Below are positions 51,282-62,574 of a DNA stretch of 64,000 nt, one piece after another. The translations under genes and the position numbers were made by a program. The first letter of the stretch is position 1. The number at the start of each line of letters is the position of its first letter. Source of the DNA: Podospora anserina (taxonomy: Eukaryota); contig CM030332.1 in assembly GCA_017654855.1 (NCBI GenBank), positions 5,332,001-5,396,000 of the forward strand. Direction: 5' to 3'. The notes under the pieces were generated by a model that was not told the DNA's origin, did not search any database, and was given only the letters and a program-made list of their open reading frames with translations.

Positions 51282-51843
51282 GATTGATTGATTGATTGAT
51301 TGATTTATTAACGCCCGGGCGGCTAAGCCGAAAGGGCAACTATTACCGATTGAAGCATACACTCCCCAAGATATGCCCTGATCTCCCTAAAGCCCATGCA
51401 AAGTCCGATCTAGCTTATACACTCTTTTTTCCCCTTTCTCTACGTATTCTCGTGGGTTAATAGGATTGTTAGTAGGTTGGCTTGAAGTCGGTTCTCCAAG
51501 TATTCAACGTCCCATCTTCGGCGGCTGAAGCGGTACCTGCTATCTATAGCACGAGGTAATAGGTGTAGGGTCGGTGGAGAGTGGTGGTTGGTCGGTTAGG
51601 TATTTCAGTTGGCCTGCGGTTGGTTCGCGTCGAGTCGGCCCGTGGACATTGCGAACCGAATCGTTGCCCGAACGGTCTTGACGTTCGGAGTCCAGTCTTC
51701 TTTATCCGACGGCGACTTCCCTCCTAGATAGAAGGAAATATTGCCTCTGTGAGTGGTTGTGCGCTGGAGCATCTCTGCTCGGTACGCCGTCCATTTCTTG
51801 CACCGGAAGAGGAAGAGTTCCACTGTCTCTCTCGCTTGTCCGA
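51282..51843 (-). mobile_element. 5'-truncated LINE (Tad-like): ORF2 C-terminus, 3' UTR and (AATC)n tail
   Basis: GQARETVELFLFRC..W..YR.....RGNISFYLGG.......W.PN..TVRATIRFA..TGRL; reverse-complement tail AATAAATCAATCAATC... Confidence 0.85.
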
Positions 51844-51876
51844 GGGTGGCTAGAAAATAACATTGCGGTCAATTAC

Positions 51877-51936
51877 TTGCTTAACTAGGGGAGAGCGGAC
51901 GGGATCCCGTATATTCAACTGCCTATGATCGTATGT
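51877..51936 (-). pseudogene. 5' half (60 nt) of the interrupted 5S rRNA gene
   Basis: Reverse complement ACATACGATCATAGGCAGTTGAATATACGGGATCCCGTCCGCTCTCCCCTAGTTAAGCAA. Confidence 0.93.
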
Positions 51937-52286
51937 GATATGTTGTGCCGGCCCATGGGCTTATAACAGAATGGTATAACCTTAAGTTTGTCTCACGGCT
52001 TGGCTCGAGCTCGGCTATTTCCGTTGTTGAGGTTGTGCTATCACGACTAAGTCCACAAAATAATGTGTGAAGAAGCGGAGAAGGATTATTTCGAACTCGC
52101 CAACGGTTTAGGTGTACACGGAAAAGGAATTTTTCGAAAAAGGACATACTCCTCAGCTCGCTATGAGTGAAATGCTGAAACCCATCCCCTTGTCTGCTCA
52201 ACACCGGCACGCCTCCCATATATACAAAGTCAAACACGTCCGTCTCTTTAGAATCCCTATTATTGATCACCTTAAAAACGGATAAA

Positions 52287-54192
52287 TCAAGCAGAAAACA
52301 AGGCCTTAAGCACCGTCTTCAACCTCCTCCCCCCAGGAACAGTCGCCTTCCCCCTCTCCAACTCCACACCCCCCTCCAACTCCCTCAGCACCCTCCCAAT
52401 CTCCATATACGTCTCCACCGCCCCAATCATCGGCCCCCTCGCCTCCTTGGGAATCCCATTCATTTTCGGCCTCGCCTCATCATACAACTTGAACGCCTCG
52501 CTCAGTAATCTCCTCCTCAGGTTCTCCACATGTTTCCCCCTTGGATGGGCGACGACGTCTTCTGGGGTGAGACCTTCCTCCTTGAGCCAGGTAGTGGGAA
52601 GGTAGACCCTTCCCATCTCGGCATCTACAACAATGTCCCGTGCAATGTTGACATACTGCAGCGCCACGCCCATTGTTCGTGAAACCGACATGAGCATCTT
52701 CTTGCGCTCATCAGGCATCTCTGGCTCGCAGTGCTCGATGATGAGAGCAACGCAGAGTTCGCCTACTGTTCCCGCCACGCATTGGCCGTAGTAGTTGAGC
52801 TTGTCCTCGTCGACAATGGGGTACTTGGCCGACTCGGAGGAGTCATGAAAAGAAAATTGGGAGTCGAGCTCGAAGCCCTCGATGAGTTGGTAGAGAGGCT
52901 GAGAGGGGAGAATGGTAGCTGGGAGATACTTGAGTGCTGACTTTGCCTCGGGTGGGAAAGCCTCGTCGATATAGTCGTTGATCCGGGCTTTGTTGGCTTT
53001 TACGTCGGACTTGTAGTGGAGGTCAAGGAACTTGTAGAGCTTGGTGGTCCAGGACTTGACTTCGGTGCGGGAGGTGGAGTCGTCGACGAGATCATCGGCG
53101 AGGCGGCAGAAGGAGTACCTGGAGAGCTGTTAGTGACATGCTGAGCAAGATGGGAAGGTGGGGTGGACTTACAGAAGAATCAAATCGATGCGAAGACGGC
53201 CGGTAAAAAGCGAGTTGGCCAGGTAGAAGCTTCTGCTCTTTGCCTTCAGCCGAGTCACAGCGTCGGACAGGCCCGCAATCCTTTCGAGATCGTATTGCTT
53301 GGTGTTTGAGAACCGGCTCTGGACCAACATCAAAGGCGTGGGAGACCGAGGCACCTTGGGGAACAGGTGAGGGAAGGCAAAGATGATGGCCAAGTACTGG
53401 TCAAAAACTGCCATGCCGAACACAATGAGGATATTGGTCGCGAGGAAGAAGGTAGCCTCCTCGATGTCAAGGACACCAAACAGACACCATCCCAGCTTCG
53501 TGCCGGACTCAATGGCCCAAGTTCCACGTCCCAAAGCCAGCTCGTCCACGAGCCACAAGTAGACTGTCGGAATGATGATCGGAACCACAGTGGAGGTCAA
53601 GGGCAGGGTTAGAATAAATCTGCCCGCAACAGTAAAGGTCAACAAGGCGAATGGGAAGGCCCATGCCAGAATAAGTCCCAGATAGGTGCCAGGACCGCCA
53701 GTTCTAATCTGGTGAACACCATAGAGCGTCAATGCGACGAGAATGCCCTGTCCGATAACCTTGCCTCTGGCGATCCGTTGCGGTGGGTTTCTCTGGGTGC
53801 TGAGGTACAGAGGGTGGAACAATGGCTTGCTGAGGAGGATGTAGAAGAGCGAGGTGATGTATGTTTGAATCACGAAGAAGAACAGCTCTTCAATTGGAAT
53901 TCCATAGAGACGAGGCCCAATGATGGCGTCTGGCGGGTAGGTCCAAATGTTGCTTCTGATCAAGTATGAGTCCCATGGTAGCGTCGCGAGGAAGGAGACA
54001 ACTATTAGACTCCCAATCTGGAGGAAGTGTATTCGGTGGAATATTGGGTAGGCGATAACTGTAAGCAACGCAGCAAGGGGTATCGTGTATTTTAAATGTC
54101 TAGACACCAAAGTTAGTATATTTACATGATCGTGTCTCGGGCGGCTCAAAGGAAGAGAGCAGAGCTTACACAAGGGCATAATCGTAAGCCAT
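52287..54192 (-). CDS. al-2: Bifunctional lycopene cyclase/phytoene synthase; two introns
   Basis: [63 protein letters not shown]...GRVYLP. Confidence 0.95.
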
Positions 54193-55345
54193 GATGAAAA
54201 GCGTGTTTGAGTGGTCGTGTAATGAGGTTATTCCGGGGTTCTGCAAGCCTTGGCTCGTCCCAAGGGCTCAAACGGTGAAAGAGTAAAGCACGTGTCGATC
54301 CCAACCAAAAAAATGAGGCGTTTACAAGTCAATCCAGCGCGTCATGACAGAAAGTGAGGATTCGTTTGCGGTGAAAGAGAGAGCAAAGCTACACATCCAG
54401 GGGAAAGAAAGGCGGGACCCCAAGCAAAATGAACCCTTTCGTCATCGATCAAAGAAGGGGCCAGCCCTTCGGGACCCGTGGCAGTGTCCGCCCTTTTTCT
54501 TGGAGGATCCATATCTAAGCACTCAAACCCACTGCAACATGTCGAGATAGAAGCGCCAAACAAATCGATTTCGATGGGGGTTGACCCTGGCCTGGCTCTC
54601 ACATCTATCGGACGAACTGCCGCGTAATCCTGATGTCAGTGTAGCTGGGTCCCAATCCGGATGACCCGCATATATTCAGCCCTGATGAGCAAGAGCCCGG
54701 TGACCTGCCAGATGCGGTTCTGGATCGGACGGAGTGCCCTGGAAAGTCAAAAGCGCCGCCGGCAGTAACACTGCCGGAAACAAAAGTACGCCAGAGCGCC
54801 GCTGGCACGGGACCGCATGGGACGGCACTGACAAGAGCGGCTTCGATCTGCGACATGGCGATAGAGCGACAGGACGAACTAGGCCCAAGACAGCAAGGTG
54901 ATCGTGGGTTTGGTGAGTAATTGCTGCTAAATCAAGGGCCAAGACTGGCAGTGACTCCCTCCGATCCAGTTGTCTGGGGAATTCGGAAACAAATGGAAAA
55001 ATGACATGTCCTCATCGCCCGCATCAGGCTGTGATCGTTGATCTTTGAAAACGGTTGTGGATGTCAAAGATCGCACAAACCCCTGCCCCGATCGACACCG
55101 CTGTCACGGCAAAACAAGCAGACTCCGCTTCCAAGCGCTTGGCATCCCACTTTTATCATCAGCCAATCAGAACCAAGGCGCAAATCCTCTTGTCTTGTCT
55201 TGCTCGGCCTCGGCCCGGACGGAACGTGGAAACCGGCACGGCACCGCAATTCAACCAAGCACCGACCCTTAATCAAGCCAACCTTTTTCCTCCGTGTCAC
55301 CTCCGCCGATCGCCGAGATCACAACCGCAACCACACATCCCGAAA

Positions 55346-56359
55346 ATGGTCCCGAGAATACACACCTACCGTCCGCTCCTGCGGCTTGCCCACCGGCAAA
55401 TCCCCGCTCAACCCCGACCAAACCTCGTCGCCGCCGTCGCGTTCTCAACCTCCCGGTCGACCCGGAACCAACCACCACCACCACCACCACCACCACCACC
55501 CTCACAAACCCCCTCCGAACCCCTCCCGGAAACCATCCACATCAGCGACGCCTCCCCTCCCCCTCCCCCACAGCCTCTCATCACCAAAACCATCCCCAAC
55601 CGCCGCCCCAACCGCCGCCGTCTGATCTCCCGCCTCCTCTTCGCCGGCACCTTCCTCCTCCTCGGCACAATCGGCGGCTCAACCCTCCGCCTCTTCATCT
55701 CCCCCCCGACCCCTCCGACCCCCGACACCGACCAAGACAAATACGTCATCTCCGACCTCCACTCCCAAGCCTCCCGCCTCCCCATCGTCCAGCAACTCTC
55801 CTCCGACCCAGCCTGGACCAGCTGGGAAGCCTACAACACCCTCCCCCCCTCCCACCGCTCCCAGCACATAACAGCCCACACCCTCCGCGGCTCCCGCGGC
55901 GTGGGCGGCTACCAGCGCATCTTCCACAACGCCTCCATCGGCGAGCTCGTCTCGGTGATCTTCTTTGGTCCGGCCACCATCGGCTGGCCGGGTGTTGTTC
56001 ACGGGGGGTGTTTAGCCACCATTCTGGATGAGAGCTGCGGTAGGGCAGCGTTTAAGCAATGGGGTGGGCTGGCGGGTGTGACTGCCAAGCTGAATATCGA
56101 ATACAAAAAGGCGACGTTGGCGAATGGGTTCTATATCATAAGAGTAAGACCAAGGACGGAGGAGGAGTTGCCTGAACGTGAGAGGGGGAAGAGGCATTAC
56201 AAGAGCTGGGTGGACGCAGTGATTGAGGAGCCGGCTACGGGGCATGTGACGGTGAAGGCGGAGGCGTTGTTTGTGGGGGGGAAGGGGAATGGGAAGGGGG
56301 AGGGTAAGAAGATGTTTAGTTGGGGGGGAAAGGTGCAGGATGCGCATGCCGAGTTTTGA
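55346..56359 (+). CDS. Hotdog-fold thioesterase superfamily protein, probably mitochondrial
   Basis: GWPGVVHGG.LATILDE..GR, GVTAKLNIEYKK; Arg-rich N-terminus plus one transmembrane segment. Confidence 0.85.
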   Translation: MVPRIHTYRPLLRLAHRQIPAQPRPNLVAAVAFSTSRSTRNQPPPPPPPPPPSQTPSEPLPETIHISDASPPPPPQPLITKTIPNRRPNRRRLISRLLFAGTFLLLGTIGGSTLRLFISPPTPPTPDTDQDKYVISDLHSQASRLPIVQQLSSDPAWTSWEAYNTLPPSHRSQHITAHTLRGSRGVGGYQRIFHNASIGELVSVIFFGPATIGWPGVVHGGCLATILDESCGRAAFKQWGGLAGVTAKLNIEYKKATLANGFYIIRVRPRTEEELPERERGKRHYKSWVDAVIEEPATGHVTVKAEALFVGGKGNGKGEGKKMFSWGGKVQDAHAEF

Positions 56360-59300
56360 ATAGAATTGGGGGAGGTGTATGATAGGTGAGGAAAGACATC
56401 GTCATGTTGGAAGACCATGCGCCGAGAGCAATAGTGGGACACGGGCTTGTTGGTGGATATGATATGATATCAGCGGCCTACATAGCAGTTTTACGGCTTT
56501 TCAGACATAGAGTGGAGGATCATGTTCAAACCAAGTAAGAGATTCTTGGTCAGGCTCTTAGTACTCTTTGTTCTGGTGTGGTACTCGAATCCAAAGGCAG
56601 CCAAGAACGCAAGATCAAGAGACGACTACATACACATGTAAAAGCTTACGCATATGTGCCTCTCAAGCACACGTGGGCCAAGGACCTATCTACCTATACA
56701 TCAAGCTCAAGCACTAATGCCCGTGCAGCCGCATGCGAAGAATATCGCGGCCGCCGGGTCCATCTCCCGTCGGAGCATACCATCCGTCTCTACCCCACGA
56801 ACCATGTGGCTACCTCGTGGCAGCAGGTTGTTCCTCTTCCACAACACCCACAGCCGCCGAGGGTCCGTCGCAGGGTCCTACAGCGGGGTCGCCGAGATGC
56901 ATATATACCGCCCGATTCAACCGCTGAACGAGGGATATCCCGCATCGACCAGGCCAAAGTTCCCACAAGAGCCAATATACGTCGATATAAATCAACCCAC
57001 GGCGGCGTCTATCCCATGCCCGAAAAGGCTCGGAACGTTCTAGGTGGTCAACCAAGGTCATGTGGTGGTAGTAGCCGCCCAAGTGATGCCTGTTAAATCT
57101 GCACCGTAACCTTGATAGCACCCACCCGGGAACATGTCCTTGATGACAAGAATATTGTTCAGCATCCAAGACATTTCAGCCAAGACCCTAGGTATGAAGG
57201 GTCTGAAACAGAATGATGGTATTTCCGACGAGGAATAGAAGCTCTGATCGATGCGCAAGTCGTCGAACCTCGCGATCAGACCAGGAAGCGGGTGGGTGGA
57301 TAGTGAAATGCACGGTGACGGAATCGAATGTGCCGTGCATGGAAGGTGATCTGTCTCGGGAAAAAAAAGTCTCGACGATGAGAAGGGTGATTGATGACCA
57401 TGCGACTGGTACATTCAGAGACATGTGAGCGGCATGCCGTTTCGTTGAGTTTAGGAACAAGGTCATTGACCGTGATGTTGGGTACCTGGGTTCATCGTAT
57501 CGCGTGAGGTTGTAGGTATACCCTCACGCCGCCCACACATGGATCCAGATCAACCACACCGACTTTTGCAAAAGCTTTGCTGGAATCACTCAGCTGGGAT
57601 TTCCTGGGGAGCTAGGCAGTCGACATGGTTGGATTAGAGAGCAAGAGGGTCTCGATGTCAAGCTGATATCTTCAGTCATGGCTGGACCCTTCCATATGGG
57701 AGCTGTCATCCCAGCAAGGATACCAGGAAAGTCAGCTCAAATCTAGATTCGACCGTCTTCATGTTGCGGCAAACCTGATAGAGCCACACGTGGCAGTTAT
57801 CAGCCCCGTTTCCGGACCCGGGAAATCGGTTAGGGTGGCTGAACGGCTAGGGAACAGGTCCTCCCGCTGTTGGCGGGTTTCCCCAGACTTGGCAACGCGA
57901 ACCTTTGGGACTAAAGTTCCTCGAATATCAGCCTTCAAAGCTTTCCGATAACACAACAGCGGGTGAGTCGAACACTGCATAAGACACTGTCAGTTCAGAT
58001 CTTGATTTTTGTCTTGCATTTGACGTCAAATGATCAGTTACCCTCCGGCTATGCTAGCATCTAGAGCAAGGCCCTGGAAGTTAGGTATTGGCAGAAGAAG
58101 CCATGGACCTTGTCGTGCTGGCACCCGAGAGAGTACCAGGGACCAGGTGGTGTGTTAACCAGAAACGCCACGCCCAGAAGAACATTCGGTGAGCGTTCCA
58201 ACAAGATGAGGCGTAAAACCTTGACCCCGGCACGTCCGGCTTCACACGAGTCCCTACATACCGGTACCTACATAAAACATTTCTAGGTACCAGAGTTGCT
58301 GCCGTGAAACATGAACCAATCTTTGCCGCAAAGAAGGAGGTCGTTCTTTCTGGAGTGGTCGGGTTGATATTGGGGTTTGCCGCTAGCGAGGACTCGAGGA
58401 TGGAATGATGATGGCGATCTTCAGTTGGTTCTCGGGTAAGGGCTAAGAGCAGGGCGAAAGTGAAGCAACAGAAAAAGAAGTTACCTCGTCATGACATCTC
58501 CTTGTGTAGCCATGAGGAAAGCAGACAAGGGGTCGCGCAAGAATGCAAAAAGGGTCTTGCAGGGAACACAAACCGATGAAGGCCTCTTGTGGATGTCCAC
58601 ACACCACAACCTCCTCACCAACAGAGACCGGAGACGCCTGCGGACCAGTGTCAGTAGATATTTGTCCATCCAAAATTTAACAGTTAGCAGCGCATTTTGG
58701 AAATGGGGAAGTGACGTCGGGGATGCCAAGACACCAACGCCGGGACCACATCCGAGGACCTGGACGAGCAGCCTTGGCTTTGAATTCCCGGCTGTTGATA
58801 GGCCAATTCCCACCTGTCCACAGGGATGGGAATTGCCTTGGCCTTCTTTGAAGCAATGGCCTTTTTTGTTTGGCTCGATCGTCGGGCGATGGGGCCCTTC
58901 GCTGAGATCGAAGTAATCGGCTCTTTTCATTCGTTCGTTTCTCAAATCTCGCCCAAAGAGGCAAGATATCGCTTGGCATATTCAATTCGATTGCACTTGC
59001 CAAAAGCCTCACTTTGCCCATCCTAGGAACCAAAGAACGAGACGTCAAAGAGAAAAACCATCAACAATGAGGATTAACAAGACAGTTACAATGTCACAGT
59101 TTTGCTCGGCCGGTGGGCCAAGACGTTTAAGGGGTTCCCCAGACATTCGAGTCGCTGGTGGGCGCAAGAGACAAGGCTTCGGAGCCGTCGACTGGCGGCA
59201 TGCCGGTGAGACCTTCTGTCATGAGTTTTGTATATTCTTGGTCTTGTTCTGGCCCGATGGTCAGGATCATCACCCACCCCTTCCATCCCACCCGGCATTC

Positions 59301-60103
59301 TCGTCTTCCCGCCCATGCTGCCATGCAGCCATGCAGCCCGGCTGCTTCCCCATCACCAACCCCACGCAAACCCTCAGGGGTGCGTCTTTCTTTGACACTT
59401 GACCACTCATGGCAGTCACTTCCAGGGATGTCGTACATCATCATTGCGCCCCCCTTCGAGGTACCTGCGGATACTTAGTCCATGTCCCGCCTCCTCATGG
59501 GTCCCTGTTCATCTACTCTTCACCTCCTTCCTCACCTCACTCTCAACAACCTCGTTCCTTCTTCCAAAGACCCCCAGACGCTGCTAGGCTGCCTGGTAAA
59601 GAACTTGACGAGTTTCTGGTCTTCGGTCAAGATGTGTATTTGACCCTCACCACCCCCTCCCCCCTCCTCCCCCACATCTCTTTGTCAAAGACTATTCATT
59701 GACATCGTTGGTCTATATCTGGTTATCAACATTGCTTTCTTGGAATGCTCTATAGCATTTGGCATAGCTGTTTAGCATCCGAACTAGCCTGCCAGAACAG
59801 CTATTCTGGTCTCCCCAACTGGTGTCCGACAACCTCTGCACCGGCCGTGCCACAGTTTCCACCATTTCAGATACGTGACCACTAGCTCTTAGCTCAAGAA
59901 AAAGTCAGTTTCTCGGTGTTCCCCCCTCTTTAAATCCCCCCTCCGTCACTGTTCCCACTTCCCATCTTGCGTCTGTTTTGGACAGCGTGACATCGCCGAA
60001 TCTCTTTGACTGACAGGAAGACAGATCCGAACGTGCCTAGTGCATGCTTGTTTATCGGACTACGACTCAACCAAGTTCAGATAGAAGTCATTCACGAGCA
60101 ATC

Positions 60104-62574
60104 ATGACGGTCTCAAAAGCACCCCAAAACATCCTCATTCACATCATCCGCCGTGACCTTCGGACGTCAGACAATCCCCTCTTCCATGCTGCGGCTACCG
60201 CACCAGATGAGGAGAAGTTCGATGCCTACCTCCCTGTGTATGTCTTTGATGCCCAGCAGATCGATGTGTCGGGGTTCATCCAGTCTGCTGGTGCAACGAA
60301 CCCGTACGGGTCACCTCGTAGCCAGGTAGCTGGCTACCACCGCTGCGGGCCTCACCGGGCCAAGTTTCTTGGCGAAGCTGTCTGGGACCTCTCAGAGACC
60401 TTGAAGGAGCTCAAGTCTGGCCTTTTCATCCGTGTGGGCAGAATTCCTGATGTGGTCGAGACGCTGGTCAGTGAATTGGCCAAGAAAGATGCCAAAATCG
60501 GCGCTGTCTGGATGACCAGCCATGAGGGCAGTGAGGAAAAGGCGGACGAGAAGGCTGTGGCTTCCTTGTGTAAAAAGGTTGGGGCCAAATGGAAGCTTTG
60601 GGTGGATGAAAAGTACTTCATTGACGAGTGAGTTGAGTTTTGTGGCGACGGCCGTCTACTCGTGTTGCTAACGTAGCGATTGGCAGCCGTGACACGGGTC
60701 TTGAATCCATCGACAAGTTGCCGGGTGTCTTCACAGAGTACAAAAAGAAGCAGCTGCCCCTGCGCGAGAAGCCTCGTCCGGTTCTTCCGCCTATCGAGAA
60801 GGGTTCACTGCCGCCTCTCATTGATGCCGCCCTGGTCGCCCCGCAGTCCTCCCCGTTCCATATTCCTGATTCACTCGATCGCCTGGTTGAGTTCCTGGTT
60901 GCGCCCGTGAAGGACTTCCTCCCGAACAAACCCGAGTATCCAAAGGGTGCAGAGTCTGCACACCCCTACCAAGGAGGCGAGCACGCCGCCCTCCAGCGGC
61001 TGAAGGACTTGATCAGCTCCGGAGCCGCCACCACATATGACACGACCCGCAACGGCTTGCTTGGAACCGAGTTCAGCACCAAGCTGTCTGCCTTTTTAGC
61101 CCAGGGCTGCATCACGGCCCGTCAAGTTCATGCCGCAATGGATAGCTTCGAACGTGGTACTGATCCCGCCTTCAAGGACGTTGAGGGCTTTGGTGCGTTG
61201 ACAAAGGAAGAAGGTATGTCTGAAGACGAGGCACAGAACACTGGAATGGAATCCATCCGGACCGAACTGTTGTGGCGCGATTACATGAGGCTCTGTCACC
61301 AGAAAGACGGGAACAGGTTGTTCCAGTTGACGGGCACGTTGAGGTATAAATTGGACCATGCCGCCGACATGATGGACGGCATGGCTAGCATCACCGCCCA
61401 AAACGGCCACAACAGCGAGAACAGCGACACTGGCGACAACGGCGCAGCCAGCGCAGCCAGCGACGGTGACGGGAGTGCTCAGGAGAAAAAGTTGAAATCA
61501 CCCGACAAGGAGAGAGCGCGGCCTCAACAGGGCAGCGGCATCAACGAGAGTCTTCTGGCGAAAGAGTGGAAGTCGGCCGACAAGGAGAAGGCTTTGCCTC
61601 GGCAGTCGCCTACCGCTGAAGAAGTAGCGAAAATCTTGGAGCGCTTCAATCTCGGCACCACGGGCATGGGACTGATTGACGCTTCGCAGCGCGAGTTGCT
61701 ACACACGGGGTACACGTCCAATCGCGCCCGACAGAATGTGGCGAGCTTTTTGGCGAAGCACCTCGACATTGACTGGCGATACGGGGCAGAGTGGTACGAG
61801 ATGTTGCTGGTTGACTATGACGTGTCGTCGAATTGGGCCAATTGGCAGTACGTCGCTGGTGTCGGCAACGATCCCCGTGGCCACATGCGAATTTTCAACC
61901 CGGTCAAGCAGGGTTTTGAGTATGACCCGTCCGGGTCCTATGTCCGAACATGGATCCCCGAAGTGAGCGGGTTGGAGAAGCTGGAAAATGCTTTTCAACC
62001 TTGGACTGCTTCGAAGGAGGAGCTCGAGAAGACGGGCCTGTCAGGCAATGACATGGTTGCGAACCCGGTCAAGAGGATCCAGTTTGTTGTCGAAGGCAAG
62101 CCGAGAACCAACAAGAACGGTGGCTTCCGAAGAGCACTCGCACGCGGCAACCCGTCCAAAGCCTCTCAAGCGAATGGGAACGGCTCCGGCTTTGGAAACG
62201 GCTCCGGAAACGGCTACAGGAACTCACAGGACGTGCGGACGGATGCACCGGTTGTCAATGGTACCACTAGAGGGCCTCGTGGGCGGGGAGGATTTCGTGG
62301 GTCGTTTGGGGGACCTCCCAGGGGTTCTTTGGGAGGCGGCCGCGGGGGCTTCAATGGCAACACCAATGGTTCACCCAGCCCTGCGGCAAACCAGGGCAAT
62401 GGGATCTTGGCGCCCGGTTATGGAAGAGGCCGAGGCGGCGGCAGACGTGGTGGAGGTGGTGGTTATGGTGCACCTCCCCGGGGAGGCGGCCAAAATGGGT
62501 ATTTTACTCCAGCCAAGATGCCTCGAGTCAATGGCAGTGGCAATCACGATCAGGTCAATGGCAATCAAGTTTAG
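60104..62574 (+). CDS. cry: Cryptochrome DASH with RGG-rich C-terminus; intron ~60628-60686
   Basis: RRDLRTSDNP, GGE..AL.RL, TRNGLLG..FSTKLS, ELLWRDY, IDA.QREL..TGYTSNRARQNVASFL, DYDVSSNWANWQY.AGVGNDPR. Confidence 0.95.

Larger units (their letters stand above)
39475..51876. mobile_element. 12.4-kb insertion in a 5S rRNA gene; candidate derelict Starship-like cargo element
   Basis: Exactly flanked by complementary 5S halves; termini GTAGCATGACCGC ... GCGGTCAATTAC; accessory genes and TE relics inside; no captain recognised. Confidence 0.75.

Noticed and set aside
56500-60000. Short ORFs between the thioesterase and cry
   Set aside because: No recognisable domain. A degenerate gene near 56800-57700 (minus) is possible but unsupported.
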